Origin: Oculina patagonica
Taxonomy: Eukaryota
DNA: 64,000 bases
Direction of reading: 5' to 3'
Assembly: GCF_052425735.1 (NCBI RefSeq)
Contig: NC_135762.1
Coordinates: forward strand, 6,944,001-7,008,000
The position numbers and the translations under genes are program-made. The notes under the pieces are model-generated. The model was not told where the DNA came from and ran no database searches. It was given only the letters and a program-made list of their open reading frames with translations. Shown here one piece after another: positions 24,207 through 37,272 of this stretch (positions are counted from its first letter, which is position 1; the number at the start of each line of letters is the position of its first letter).

Positions 24207-25764
24207 TCAAAACCTTGCATAACAATACATACAGCACAAACTATTATTGTATAAAGCAATACAGTTCCCAGCTAAAAGGCTTATCTTCCGTTACCACTTC
24301 TGTGGAGGGGACAGGGGCTCTGAACCTCTGACTTCCTGAAAATTTTTCTTCTGCTTCCCGCCTCTTTCTGTAGTAGTTCCCTCCTCTTTGTTCCAATTTT
24401 CTTTTGCAAAATAAAATGACATGCTGAGATTTTTTCAATGTGTTGTTCCAGAAAATATCCAAACCCCTCCCGTGGAAGGATTTTTAATCTAAATGCCCCC
24501 TCCCCTCTGGAAGTTCCAGTTAAGCCCCATACTTTCCTTTTGAAGTTTTGGCTTTTGAGAACCCCTTCCCCTGAGGAATTTCCAATGATCTTTTTTGTAT
24601 GGATATTTTCTGGAACTGCACAATTTCTTCCAGTTCCCAACACCTTGAAAATCCCACTTCCTGGCAGCTCTACCTTCTCCTGAGCTCCCACCCTTCTGTT
24701 CCCCTCCACTCTTTTACAACCCCTTACAGTGACAACCCCTCCACAGTTTTGTATGGCAATATGGCAATATCAATGCAATATCACCACTGTATTCTTATCA
24801 CTGGTAAATTAGTATTATTTAAAGAGGGCATCACAAAAAGGTAGAAAAATACTGACAAATCTGTGCCCCCCCCCCCCCACACACACACACAATGTACAGT
24901 TTAAAAAATAAAATTACGAAATTTAAAGTCTATGGTTACACTATATACTTGATATGTAAACTGCAAGTTTATTTTAATTTATACTCCTAGATTTAGACTT
25001 GCATACTTACATGTAAAAATAATACATTAAAAAAGTTACCTTATAATAAAAATAGATTTTCACGTCCATTCAAAATGACATTGAATTTATAAAAACTATA
25101 AATACTTTTATCGATTTTACTTATTACTGATTTTATTCTTTACCAGCAAAAAACATTGAACATCCAATTAAAAACTCTAATTTATTGTGCATGGCTCCCA
25201 TGAAGGCGATTTACAACCAAATTTTACCTAATGCACTCAGCAATAATTAACAGATCAAGTAGACGGTTGACATGGCATAAAAAATAGTGATTCAATTTTG
25301 CACAAAAATTATTTCAGAAGGGGGAGGAAGTTTCTCCCTACATTTTTGAGCCAATTTCTCCCTGCTCCCTAATTTTTTTGCCAATTCTCCCTGTTCTGTA
25401 CCTCCCCCCTCCTTGTAGTGAAAAAATTGAGGGTCAGGTGCTCTTTGAGCTCCTTCCATCATACATATCGGTAACTTCAAGAAAATATGTCATACAAACA
25501 ATGTACTGCAGACTAATTTAAAGCCTGGATTTCACTAGTGATGAAATCCAGCACAGATGCAAGCATATCAGCTCTTATTTCTCTACTAAAACTCCTTGAT
25601 GCAAGCATAAACACAACCACGAGGACCCTATCTTCCAAGAGGAAGGGGGTAGTCCCTTATAAGGTAAGCTTCTGGTATATAGCTATATGTGGCACCAGAG
25701 GCTATTTTGGTCTAAAATAAGCTAAAATAGGGTTTAGATTTTAACCATTTCGGTCTGAAATAGG

Positions 25765-26182
25765 CCCGGGGGGGGGAGTACTTGGGTGAATTTTTGTTGG
25801 GTATGTGCCGCTGGCTTCTCAGAACCCCTACCCCATTATAGTCTTATTCTATGGCCAATTATAGACCCCATCTTAGTCACTTTTGGGTAAATTTAATTTT
25901 TACGACCCCAACTTAGTCACTTTCTGGGAGCTGTTTGTCAAATATTGAACAACAGCAATAAATATGGTAACATTTTTTTCGGCAAATATTTCCGTTCATA
26001 TTAAAATCACATCTTGCCAGATTTTCGTACTCTCAAAATCCCGGAAAAGTGTGATCCCATTCTAGTCACCCTCTAAAAAATGCTTGAAATGACGACCCCA
26101 TTATAGTCAGTCCAGTCGTGAAAATGCGACTCCATCCAGCGGCACATCCCCATTAGCCCATTTATAGGAAGTGCCCCCCGGG
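25765..26182. mobile_element. MITE with CCCGGGG termini, 8-bp TSD
   Basis: TSD GAAATAGG at 25757-25764 and 26183-26190. Confidence 0.85.
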
Positions 26183-26596
26183 GAAATAGGGTACCAGTAT
26201 GTTTTGTGCACTCTGGTAAACAGTTTCTGGTGTCCTTCATGGAAGAAAATATTTTTTGTTCTTTATCTCTTGAGAAATACAATTTAATAACATGAAGAAT
26301 TTGAAGCCCCTTTCCACGTTTTAACTAAAACCAACGCAGGTCCTGGGTGTCCAAGGTCATATCAGCACTGACATAGGGTAAGAAAAATAAACTGAATTTT
26401 GTTCTGAAATAAAGTAACAGTTTAAGAAAGTACACCCCACCCAAATTTCTTAAATACCCACCCCTCAGGTAGGCTCCATTTTTACTGCTATTTAATGAGT
26501 CCAGTCTTTGTTCCTCCCCCATTTCAAGAAGGAGGGCCCCACCCCAGTTTCAGCACATAAGTGCATGGGCATTTAAACAGGGCTTTGATTATGAAA

Positions 26597-27043
26597 TTAA
26601 ATTGGAGAGGGTGGGCCAGCAGTGTCAGATATGGAGCCAGACCTAGGCCTTTGTTCCGCTTTAATGTACTCTTCACGAAAGTTCCTTGGACAGCAGTATC
26701 TCCAACCATGATACAGAACAAGAACAATCAGATAAACCAGAGGCACATATGCCAGGAGATTTACAGTTATTTCTAGGGCATCGCGAGTGGACGATGCTGC
26801 TTCACTTACAATGCCTGAGCTGAAGTTGACAATTAAACACAAATTTGTGAGAAGCACGGCGTCGAGCCTGTTAAACCACTGGTACTGTTCGTTGTAAGGC
26901 TGGAGGTAAAGGCACATCACCACAATCAGTACACTGGACACATCTAGGATGGTTCTCTTCAGGGGCCCATACGGAAAATACAGGGCAATTAACAAGATGA
27001 AGATGCGGCAAATGAAGTAATATGCTGCAAACCACCTGTACTT
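26597..27043 (-). pseudogene. Copy C, 3' part (last 148 aa, TM6-TM9), cut off by transposon
   Basis: KYRWFAAYYF...GPPSPI* is nearly identical to the copy B C-terminus and has no stops or frameshifts. Confidence 0.92.
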
Positions 27044-27064
27044 TTTACCCCAGTAAAAATATTT

Positions 27065-27255
27065 TGTGATCACACTGTGATCACGGAATAGTGCGTGATC
27101 ACAGGTGTGATCACGCTAAAATTTGTGATCACCTTGCCTAATGGTGTGATCACACTGTGATCGCAGTGATCACACTGTGATCACATCCTCTAACTGTGAT
27201 CACGCTAAGATTGATGATCACATTTCCTCTGCCATGTGATCACAGTGTGATCACA
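27065..27255. repeat. Left subterminal array of palindromic GTGATCAC
   Basis: About 11 perfect copies plus variants, counted by eye. Confidence 0.9.
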
Positions 27256-28024
27256 GCAGTGAAATAGAAAACTAGCCACTCAGGTCAATCAGTCACTGTG
27301 ATGTACTAAAGCCATCTAAATGTTCTATCCAGGCATATTATTGCTGACACTATCTGGAATTTTTAGAGCATCACCGTGGGGCCACTTGCCAGTATTTGAA
27401 TAGTTTAAGTAGACTTAACATTCCCAGACTTAACTTCTTTAAACTCCAAGCAATCATTTGCGCAAAGTGAGCTCTACCTAGAAATATTGCTGGGAATGTT
27501 GACTAAGCCTTGAATAGGAACTGTTGGGTACCTTGGTTTTGCCTTCTAAATAATTATAATTGAAAACCTTCGTGCATGTATTCGGGCATGATTTGTTTAT
27601 TTGTAACTTAAAAGAATTTAATATTTATAACAAACAACTGGCCACCATGCTTGGTGAAGTCGGAAATAATAAATACAGAAATGTTTGAAAAACTTTTTAC
27701 AATCATAGTGGTATCGCTAAATCTTTCTTTCATTTCAGTCTGGTCTTTTAGTTCTTTAAAGCACAATAAGAAAATCCTAGGAATGAGATTACTCAGACTA
27801 TGCATCAAAGAGAATTCCTATAATTGACATCGTGTTGCTAAAACAGAGTTGACCAAAACTGAATTTGCTTTACAATTTTTGTATCTAATTATGTTCAACT
27901 ATGTTAGGAAAACGGGATACTACCCAGACCTTGCCAGTGTGCATCAGTATGCATTTTCTTCTGATAACACTCACAGGAATTATGCATAAATTGTCAAGAA
28001 AGGGTTCCACGACTACTTGATGTT

Positions 28025-30802
28025 TTACAATTTCCTTTTGAACATACTTTTCGATGACCCGTTTGTAATAACAATTCGTTCTGTGTCTGTCATAACAACA
28101 TCATTAGGGATAGGTATGTCATTAAATATAAAGGGAGAATTGCTTTTCTCCACTGGCTTAAATTTGTAGCAAGCACAAAGATTAACTGAGTTAATTCTCA
28201 AGAAGCACTGGATTTTACCAAAACAAATGTGTCCACCTTGATCAGTATACTCAATGACAGAACAGTCCGTCTTTCGTGCGCGTTCATACATAATAGAGCT
28301 AAATCTCTGCCCATATTTGTTTTCAAATATGTAAAATATTTCTACGTTTCTGTTGTCATAATCTTCTTGGCAGTTGTTAACAATAAAATATACTCGTGCC
28401 AAGGTTAAAATGTTATCTACATCGGATGCTTTGGCTGTATTTTTTTGGGAGAAGTACCCTTCTGCAATTTTCACGGATGCCCGACTTTTTTCTCTAGGAT
28501 AGTCATTAAGTCTTTTCAAAACATTCTTTGCCTCTTTAGGCAATGTCTTGTCCTTAAGACGTTCCTTAATGAAATCCACCAGCCCATAACAAAGGCCAAG
28601 GGCACACCCTATCTGTTCCTTTGCATGGTGAGTTCCATGGACAAGGGGCTTCAAAAAGGCATTCATGTGTTCAAATGCGAAACAACTGTAAGCCCAGAGG
28701 GGACCCCGTCTGGCAACATAACTGGCCAAGTGTTGAAGAATGTGAATGTTCATGGTACATTTTGTAGTGTCGTACAGCGTTGCCATCAGAAGAACAAAAT
28801 CTTGTAACATTGCATCAGCCTCTTGTAAGTCATTTTGATCGATAGAATCAGATGTCAGAATTCCTACTGCTCCCACTAGTAGTGACCAGTGTAACAGATA
28901 CAATGGCTGCAAGATGGAATGCATTACTGGCAAAGAATAGTGCAACAACCAGTTTTTCAGTTCAGTAGCTTTCCAGTGTGATATTTCAGCTAGTGCACGT
29001 GGATATCTTCCGACGGTATCTGGGGGCTTGATGGCAAGCAGCCTCTCGGAAAGAACTTTCATTGTACTAGCTGCTCCAATGAAGTATGATCTGCGTTTGT
29101 CTTGCATCAAGAGTGTCATGACATACTTGACACATCCCAGTGAAACACAATGCATCCAGTCAATAGCAAAAGAATACACTAGATCAAAGGGATATTTTAG
29201 TTTAGAGAAAACTGAGTGACCTTTAACACCCATGACTGCGGTTTTTTGGGAGGCAGTAGCGGCGTAAGACAATTGATCCTCATGATTTCGTGGCTCGTTT
29301 TCTTGAAATGGCCAGCAACGGTGTAAGTTGTTTAGTCCATATCCTTTTCCCTCGCTTTTGCAAAGATGACAAGCACATTTTGCGTTGTAGCGCTTCATAT
29401 TCATGAGGTCAGCACGTGCTGGCAGATCTGCTGTGGCAACAAAAAGGAGACATCGAACATTGATATGACCTTCAGCACTATCCTTAATGTCTATTCCCTT
29501 TTCATGAAGAGCATTAAGTTTGTCCATTAACGGACTTAAAAATGTTATCATGCTTGGATCATGTTTGTCACAGTACATGTATGCTGGTATGATGTATTTC
29601 TTTTTAAAGCGGTATTCCTTAGGAAGTTCGTTAATCATAATATAAACAGGCCACAAATGACCTGCACGAGATGACGAAAATTTGTTCACACCATCTGTAT
29701 TAACTGTAAATGAAATGTTAAACGTTTCAGTCAAAAATCCACCTGGCAAAAGAAAGTTGTAATAATCCAGTCCATGATAAATGTCATGTATTTTCCGTCC
29801 CACTGAATTTTTCATTTGTTCTTTTCCCTTTCTAATGAGTTTGCAAAATTCAGAGTCTTTAAAAAACTCCTCGATTCTTTTTTCAAGATGGAGATCCAAA
29901 AATGTGTTGACTCCTTTGCCCGAGCATTGCGGCATTTTACAGTCGCCATGATTTAATAGGTTTAAGCAACTAGCACAGTATCGTATTGCTGTTGGCTCAA
30001 CAGTCCCAAAGTAGTTCTTGAGAAAAAGTTTCATTTTGTACACTGATTTCATAACTTCTCCACAATGGTCGCCAAGCAGTACTGCAATAACACGAAGAAG
30101 GTCTTGCCAGGCAATTTTGCTCAAATTGTGTTTCAGGACGAATGAGACAATTAGCACGTAAGCGAATATCTTTGAAACCGAACTTCCATCATACAGAGGT
30201 TCGTCATTTTGTTTACTTGACAAGTCATCAACAGTCGAAGAAGGTTCTTCAGGAGTGAAACTACAATCCATTTCCTCGTCCTCATCAGAACTCCAGAATT
30301 CCTCGTCCTCACTGTCACTGATACTTGCTTCACTTTCAGTTGGAGTCGAATTTAGTGAACCTTCTGAAATGTACGTATATTGCAAGGGCTCTTCGTCGCC
30401 CGATTCGCTTGTCTGATGCTCAGCGCATCCGCTATCATCCAACCAAGTGTCGTGGCCGTGATTATCGTCCGCACCTGCGTCACTCAAGAGAGCTGCTGCT
30501 GTTTCTGGGGTTTTCTCTGAATCATTTTTCCTTGTGTGGTATCTTTTTAGATGCCACGATGGGCTTTCTTGTTCGCTGTATGGGACATATTTTCTCTTTT
30601 CCTTATTCGCCGTCTTTCTGTAATAGTAGTTAAGCTGCCTTGATGTTTTTTTTGTTTGGCTCTGCGAAGGCTCCACGGGGTTATCACAGGAAAGCATTTC
30701 AGCTGTTTGCTCCCCTGTTCCCTCCACACGGACATTTGTATCAGGCATACCTTCTTCATCAGCTGTGTCAAAAGTGGAAACAGTTTCAGGTGACTCTTCC
30801 AT
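28025..30802 (-). CDS. EnSpm/CACTA-type DDE transposase (925-aa ORF; true C-terminus probably extends to 27885 after a frameshift)
   Basis: Motifs VNTDG, LWPVYIMINELP, ADLPARA, CACHLC, IDWMH, WKATEL and HILQHL..YV.RRGPLWAYSCFAFE are typical of CMC transposases. Acidic N-terminus and a YCASC..C..C zinc-finger-like motif. Confidence 0.92.
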   Translation of the reverse strand: MEESPETVSTFDTADEEGMPDTNVRVEGTGEQTAEMLSCDNPVEPSQSQTKKTSRQLNYYYRKTANKEKRKYVPYSEQESPSWHLKRYHTRKNDSEKTPETAAALLSDAGADDNHGHDTWLDDSGCAEHQTSESGDEEPLQYTYISEGSLNSTPTESEASISDSEDEEFWSSDEDEEMDCSFTPEEPSSTVDDLSSKQNDEPLYDGSSVSKIFAYVLIVSFVLKHNLSKIAWQDLLRVIAVLLGDHCGEVMKSVYKMKLFLKNYFGTVEPTAIRYCASCLNLLNHGDCKMPQCSGKGVNTFLDLHLEKRIEEFFKDSEFCKLIRKGKEQMKNSVGRKIHDIYHGLDYYNFLLPGGFLTETFNISFTVNTDGVNKFSSSRAGHLWPVYIMINELPKEYRFKKKYIIPAYMYCDKHDPSMITFLSPLMDKLNALHEKGIDIKDSAEGHINVRCLLFVATADLPARADLMNMKRYNAKCACHLCKSEGKGYGLNNLHRCWPFQENEPRNHEDQLSYAATASQKTAVMGVKGHSVFSKLKYPFDLVYSFAIDWMHCVSLGCVKYVMTLLMQDKRRSYFIGAASTMKVLSERLLAIKPPDTVGRYPRALAEISHWKATELKNWLLHYSLPVMHSILQPLYLLHWSLLVGAVGILTSDSIDQNDLQEADAMLQDFVLLMATLYDTTKCTMNIHILQHLASYVARRGPLWAYSCFAFEHMNAFLKPLVHGTHHAKEQIGCALGLCYGLVDFIKERLKDKTLPKEAKNVLKRLNDYPREKSRASVKIAEGYFSQKNTAKASDVDNILTLARVYFIVNNCQEDYDNRNVEIFYIFENKYGQRFSSIMYERARKTDCSVIEYTDQGGHICFGKIQCFLRINSVNLCACYKFKPVEKSNSPFIFNDIPIPNDVVMTDTERIVITNGSSKSMFKRKL

Positions 30803-32939
30803 GGCTTCTCTATAGATAACTTCACGACTAAGAATATTCGAACTGAATTGAAACTAAATGTTCTTACATCTGATACCCGACAATGTTGTGCAATTTAACA
30901 CACCAAGGAATGGAATGATCAGTATGCAAAACCGGCTCCAAAAAGTTTTGTTGTTACGTCGAAATAAGTACATCTATTACAAGCAGTGAATTCAGGCCAA
31001 TACTTGTGTAGTTATTAGGCCATAACATATCAAAGAGTTGTAATGTAAAAACAGTTGTATTCTTTCAAACTATTTATAGCCTGTGCCTGCATGCCAGAAA
31101 AACTAAAAACAAACCCTTGAACCTTTTGAGAAGGGTCAATATTTTTTTTGTCAAAATGCTTTTAACATTATATTCCTATGGAGCAGCGGAGGTTATTTAT
31201 CACAAATGATGTGCCTTAAATATTTGTCACTAATATAATAGTACACTGAGCTGAACATAGTTTCACTTTATCCTGTTTTGTATTTTCTAGTGATACACAC
31301 AAATGCATATATATATATATATATATCACAGGATTAAGTACAGTAACATATTAAACGGAACAAAAAACCTAGAAAGTTCGGTGTTGAATAAATTAGTTAA
31401 AGCGGGAAATTATAGTAGGCGGGAAATCGTTCCTTTGTGCCCACTCCTTTATCTTTGAGACTCATTTCTGGGACCCAACAACTAAATGGTTGTACTCTAT
31501 TCGTATTACCTGTACTCTGGCTTGATCATTGTGTTAAAGCTTAGTGTTCTTCATGACCAGCATCTTTTTAGAGTCTATTGTTTTTATACTGGCACATTTC
31601 CCGGGCACATTTCACTTGTGATGGGATTTTGCAAATTTATGTAATAGGTCAGTGTAACTTAAACCGATGATAGCAAATCGGACCAATCAGATCAATACTA
31701 GAAAAAGGCGCGCAAACTGAAACGACGTTACAAACGTGGTTCAGCGAATACATTTACTCCCACATCAACTAAGCGCTCTTACTTAAATGAACGATTCTCG
31801 CAGTCTCTCAACTTAAATCACAATATAATGGCACTATTCCATGTTATAGAATTTCCCAACGAGGAAAATTACAAGTCTCGAGGGCCGTTTGTTATAAGTA
31901 GCTCACGAAAGAAAAGTGAAGACGCGAAATGTTGAACTGGGAACAGTGGCAGTTCAATGGGACGTCTGATCCTCGGAAATCTGAAACAAGAATACTATGA
32001 TGGTGCAAGTTGATGGTAGGCACAAGGAAGGATTGCGGGCTGTTTATCGATCGTCTTAAAGCCAACAGAGAGCAGGCAGCAATAAACAACAAAGAGGGTA
32101 GAACGCGAAAACAGCCAACAAAATTACGCGACTACACAGCACATGTTGTTGAAGAAGGCAGCAATCCCGCCAAAACTACAGCAAGAGTAATGAAGAAGCC
32201 GTCACCGCGAGAGGAGACTTCTGATTCAGAGGGAAAGCTTGACAGCATTAAAGGTGGGAATAAATTAGTGGTTCACAAACCTAACAAAGAACTGCCTGCA
32301 GAAACCCAGAAATTGCGCCAAGAAGCTCAGCGAACTGAGTCAATCGAACAGGGCGGCGCAGCCACCAAAAAAGAAGAAGAGAGCCCACAGGAAAAAGGAA
32401 ACGAGAAGAAGAGCAGCGCGCCCGAATGAAGAGAAGGAAGCGAAGAAGGTCCGCGAGGGAGACACCGACAGGACGGCGAGAGAAAAAAAAATGTCTTCCC
32501 ACTGGGACCAGATAAGATCTGCGGGACGAGGCCCCGAGAAAGAAAAGAATAGAAAAGTCAAAAGAACGACACGCCAGAATTGAACAGGACGCCCCCCCTC
32601 GGAATCCCCAAAAAGGCACCGGAGGAAAGCCCACCACACACCAGCAAGAATGTCCTAAAATTCCAACGCCGAAGTCAGCGCCCGAAACAGAAAAAAGCAA
32701 CCGGGCAAAGAAAAGACGTCATCGTGAAAGTAGTACTGCGCGAATTGGCTTAAAACGCCACAAGAACAAGGCCGAAGGGGAAAAAAAAGAAATACAGCGC
32801 TGAAAGGTATAGAAGAGAGATGAGAAGAGAAAAAAAGACTGACATTCCCTTTAGTTTTTATATCATCGAGTTTGGAGTTTACAGCGATTTGTGCTTAAAA
32901 GGTGAAAATTTTACCTGTTTTATAAATTCAGACATTGAT

Positions 32940-33255
32940 TAAAGTATGACCGGAAAGGCCAAGAATGAGCTTCTAGAGTTACAATAATATTTTAGCATCT
33001 GGAGAGAAATCCAGGCTTTCCCTGCTCCAGTATAACATTCACTACAAATAAAGTAGACGAAAGCAAAGAGCAAATATTAATCTAAGAGAAATCCAGGCTT
33101 TCCCTGCTCCAGTGTAACATTCACTAGCCTTTACGGTATATAGAATAAAGTATGACCGGAAAGGCAAGAATGAGCTTCAGAGTTACATAATTAGACTAGA
33201 GAGATATCCAGGCTTTCCCTGCTCCAGTGTACATCATAGCTTTACGGTAATAGAA
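32940..33255 (+). repeat. Three degenerate ~100-bp tandem units
   Basis: gagaaatccaggctttccctgctccagt occurs three times (third copy slightly variant); aaagtatgaccggaaaggc occurs twice. Confidence 0.75.
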
Positions 33256-33632
33256 TATTAACGAAGGAAGAAAAGTACGTACTGAAAAGTACGACGCGAA
33301 GAAACGCACAAGAAAGGGGGAAAAAAGAAAAAGTGGAAAGATAGAGAAGAGAGAGGAGAAGAGAAAAAAAGAGACATCCCTTAGTTTTTACACGAGTTTG
33401 GAGATAGTTTCTGGCGAGAAAAAAACGCGTTTACACGATTTGTGTTAAAACGGTAAATTACAAAATAAAAATAGAAAACTCAAAAATTAATGAAGGACCT
33501 CATAATTTATTTTTTTTCAGTGTTAAACCCGGCAGCCGAATGTTTTAAAACCCAAAATAACCCATCCTCCTCAAAATAAAACAAAGCATACACAATACCA
33601 CGGCGAACGGCCCCAAAGAAACAAGGCAGGCG

Positions 33633-34054
33633 TTGAGCGTTCGGTGACGAAAGTCCGCCACCGATTAACTTCCGGTGTGACACTTTAGTGGCGTGACAAA
33701 GGTGGCACGTGGTGTTGTTTTCGCGCCAAAACGAACTCGGCGTTGGAAGCGACGAAGTTCTTCTTGGGCTAAACGGCTTAGCGTTGGAAGCGACGAAGCT
33801 CTCGGTTAAATAGAAATACAAAGCGTTCCTCTATATATAGTCACTCAAGTAGATTTTTTCAAATTCAGGGGATTTGTCCCCTCAGTGAGGAGACCACTCT
33901 CAGATCAGTTCGCAACGTGTGCCTAATAGCGTTGAGGTTCTGTTGATCTAGGTACTAGGTCTCGGTCCTACTGGACCTAGTAACTAATAAGGGTATCCCT
34001 TTAGGACACACCGGAAGTTACATCGGTGGCGGACTTTCGTCTCCGAACGCTCAA
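33633..34054. mobile_element. Nested MITE with ~48-bp TIRs
   Basis: 33633-33679 is the reverse complement of 34007-34054 with two differences. GCG lies on both flanks. Confidence 0.8.
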
Positions 34055-36953
34055 GCGTTTTGTAGCTATTTTTACTACTTTGCCGAGGCAATTGTTGAGG
34101 CCTTAAGTTGGAAATCGCTTATTTCTACACCGACATCTCATCAGAATCTCAGCAGGTTCAAAGGAATTGATGGAAAAACGGGAAGATTTTGACTGCCGGG
34201 TATGTAGTCTTTGAAAAATCGTGCCCGTGAGTCACAAAAGTCGTAATTGCAAAACCAAATGACATTGTAAAAACTCGCTTGTATTTCCGACCGAAAATTG
34301 AATTAACTCGGAGCTAGTTTAATATTTAATTAATTATATATTAAATTTTTGACTGCCGGGTATTATTTTGAACAACCGTGCCCGTGAGTCGAGGATTTAT
34401 AGTATGCCGAAGCAAGAGAATCGTCCACAACAAAAGCAAAACATTATTTAGAATCGCTTCGCATTTCTCAGCAAATATCGAATACTCTCGCAGGGTTTCA
34501 ACTTTAGTTTTTGTAGAAATTATTCTATAAGAGTTGACACCGGAGTCAGAGTACGAATTTTTTCTAAGTGTCGAAGAATCAAGATTTTGTAGTATGCCCA
34601 AGCTCGAAAATTTCCTCAAACACAAAGCCAAAATATAATTAAATCGCTTGGCATTTCTAAGCAAAGATTATAGTTGTGAGGAGGATTGATTGTTCCGTGA
34701 AATTTAGAATATTTCAGATTGCCGGGTATTAGTATTTTGAAAACACTTCCCGGCTGCCGGGTATCTAGACACTATGTTGTTTTTATTGCTTGCGTGACCT
34801 TCCTCGTGTTTTCAAGGCTAGAGAGGTTTACTACCGTTACAAATTATTGAATCATGGTCTGGAACTTAATAAGAAGGCAGGCAATGAACAACAATCTACG
34901 TCGACAAAACCCGGGTTGTTCTTACTACCCGGCTACGTTTATACAATTGAACGTTTGACTTCAACTTCGCCCGTGAAAACAGCCGCCCTGATGGCGCGCC
35001 ATCATGACAATTCCTAAGAAGCTTTGAACTTATTTGATTTTACATTAGAACTAATGGTAATTACAACTATCAGAAGCACTGTAAAAAATACAGACCAAAC
35101 TGCTGCAGGACAGTCCGAGATTCAAAGCACGACTTCAAATAGCTAGGAGATACAGATACCTAATAACTTTAAAACGAACCTTTAACAGACGATAAATTCC
35201 TGAATGTAATAAGCCTGTCTAGTCTTGAGCAACATCATCCTGTTACCTTGAGAGGTTTACTGTCTTCCAGCACACATAACTTTAATTTAAATGTTGGCTG
35301 ATCAGATATGAGCCATTAACAGATATCAACCTGTCTGTTTAAGTCACGATATGTTTTCTTGTTGACAGAAATTTTGTTTAACTCGCATTCCAGCTCTGCG
35401 GCCTGAAGAATGAACAGTATGCTTGGAAAAATACATTACTTGCCATTGTAACGCAGCCCCATTTTACTTTTCACCTTGTTTAAACAAAGATGTTGTTGTT
35501 GTTGTTCTGAGCACTCAGTCTGTTCATGTTGGCTATGGGCTGTTTGATCAGGATAAAAGTCGCCACATTTTTAAGCAAATTGAATGTTCAATGCGTGAAT
35601 AAACATGGCGAACCAGCTCTCCTTTTGTGCTCGTACCTTTCCGGCAGAGGAGCCTGGGGCTCGAAATTTTCCAAAATGCGGACAGTGCTGCATCGATAGG
35701 GCGAAATATCTATTTGTTTTTTTTTTTTTCAACATTTTAAATTTTTTTTCTCGTCTCAACTAACATAAATCTGAAACAAAAGGAAATGAAAAGTCAAGCT
35801 TTTGAAAAATTTTAAACCAAAGATAAATTTAAACCACAACTTACATTGTAATACGCTTTGTGCAGTTTTATTAACATGCTCTAATTTTCTCTAGCTCATC
35901 CTTCCAAGCTTTTTCGAGCCCTTAAAGGGTAATTAATCAAATTAATTTTATTCTTATTTGCTGTAGGGTCAAGCAGAAGATGGGGATGGCTACATCAACA
36001 GGTATAAGTTTTTTTAATAACCAGTTTTTACACAAAGAATGGTTTTCAGTTGCCTGTCATTGGGCATAAACCAAAGTAGTCACAGACAATAAGAAGCCAT
36101 CACAAAAAGAAAGCAACTCAAAAATTTTATAAGAATACAGTAAAACGAAATGCAAAATAAATTAATTAAGCTTAGTTTTGGGCTACATGTGTGAAAATGA
36201 CTAACCATTATTAAATAATTTTTTTATTTTTAATTTTCCCTTAAATTTAAATAACAAAATTTGCATGATTTTTTAGTCAATCTCATTTTTTTCTTTACTT
36301 TATTACCAGAAGCAGAGGTTTTAGTAATAGTTGCTCGTAAGTAATATCAACTCTATTATATGGCTTAACTACCATTGTACGTTGGCTGCTGGGCGGGCAT
36401 TATTTTTGTAATGACCAGGCATATGAAAATTTTCTCGACTCGACGGTTGAGTGTGAGTAAAAGCTACTAGCGAGGGGGCAAAAACAACAAAAAATGACGA
36501 CAAAATATAATTATCTTTTCAATAACTGAAAGAAAAATATAAGCATACCAATACTTCTTTAGTATGAGCGACGAAGAGAGCCACAGAGAGCGAGTTTTAC
36601 CTCCAGTGTTTTTTCCCTTGATTATACTCTTTTTTTCGAATAGTGCTAAAAGGCCATATAATAAATAACTTATTAACGTCGTCCGTTCTCATTACAGGGG
36701 AAGCCCGACTGATGTATGACTTCGCTGTCGCTCGGTCAATACATCAAGGCCTCGTCTGAGATTCCCTGTTGACCTCACTGGTTAATAAGTAGTGTATAAA
36801 TTTAAGAAAATTATGTCTAAAAAATTGACTTTCACAATTTATCTCTTTTTATCTTTCACTTACAGAGAATTATCTTATGGTAGATGATGAAAGCTTTGAA
36901 GTGGAAACAAGCTCTATTTTATCAGGTATTGCACATGTCAGTATTTAAGTCAA

Positions 36954-37272
36954 TCAGTGTAAAACAAAGACTGCAGACTGCAGACCGGGGGGTAAAATGC
37001 AGACTTCAGACTGCAGACCAAGGGTAAAATGCAGACCCAGGTTAAAGTAACAAATTATATGAGTCACAAAGCCATTTTCCCTCACATGTTTGCTCAGCGA
37101 AACGTTGTCTGACGTGTACATTCCTTCAAACTTTGGAACGGGCTGGGAAAAAGGCTTTGTGACTCGTATTTCATTACTTTACCCTCTATCTGCATTTACC
37201 CCTGGCCTGCAGTCTGCATTTTACCCTTAGTCTGCATTTTACCCCCGGTCCGAAGTCTATGTTTAACACTGA
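36954..37272. mobile_element. Nested MITE with gcagact/ggtaaaatgcagac subterminal repeats
   Basis: Termini tcagtgtaaaaca.../...tgtttaacactga with mirrored internal repeats. Confidence 0.75.

Noticed and set aside
26597-27073. Stand-alone 158-aa membrane protein
   Set aside because: It starts at a GTG inside the transposon TIR and is the severed 3' end of copy C.
27065-27255. CRISPR-like array
   Set aside because: 8-10-bp palindromes with irregular short spacing, mirrored at the other transposon end: subterminal repeats.
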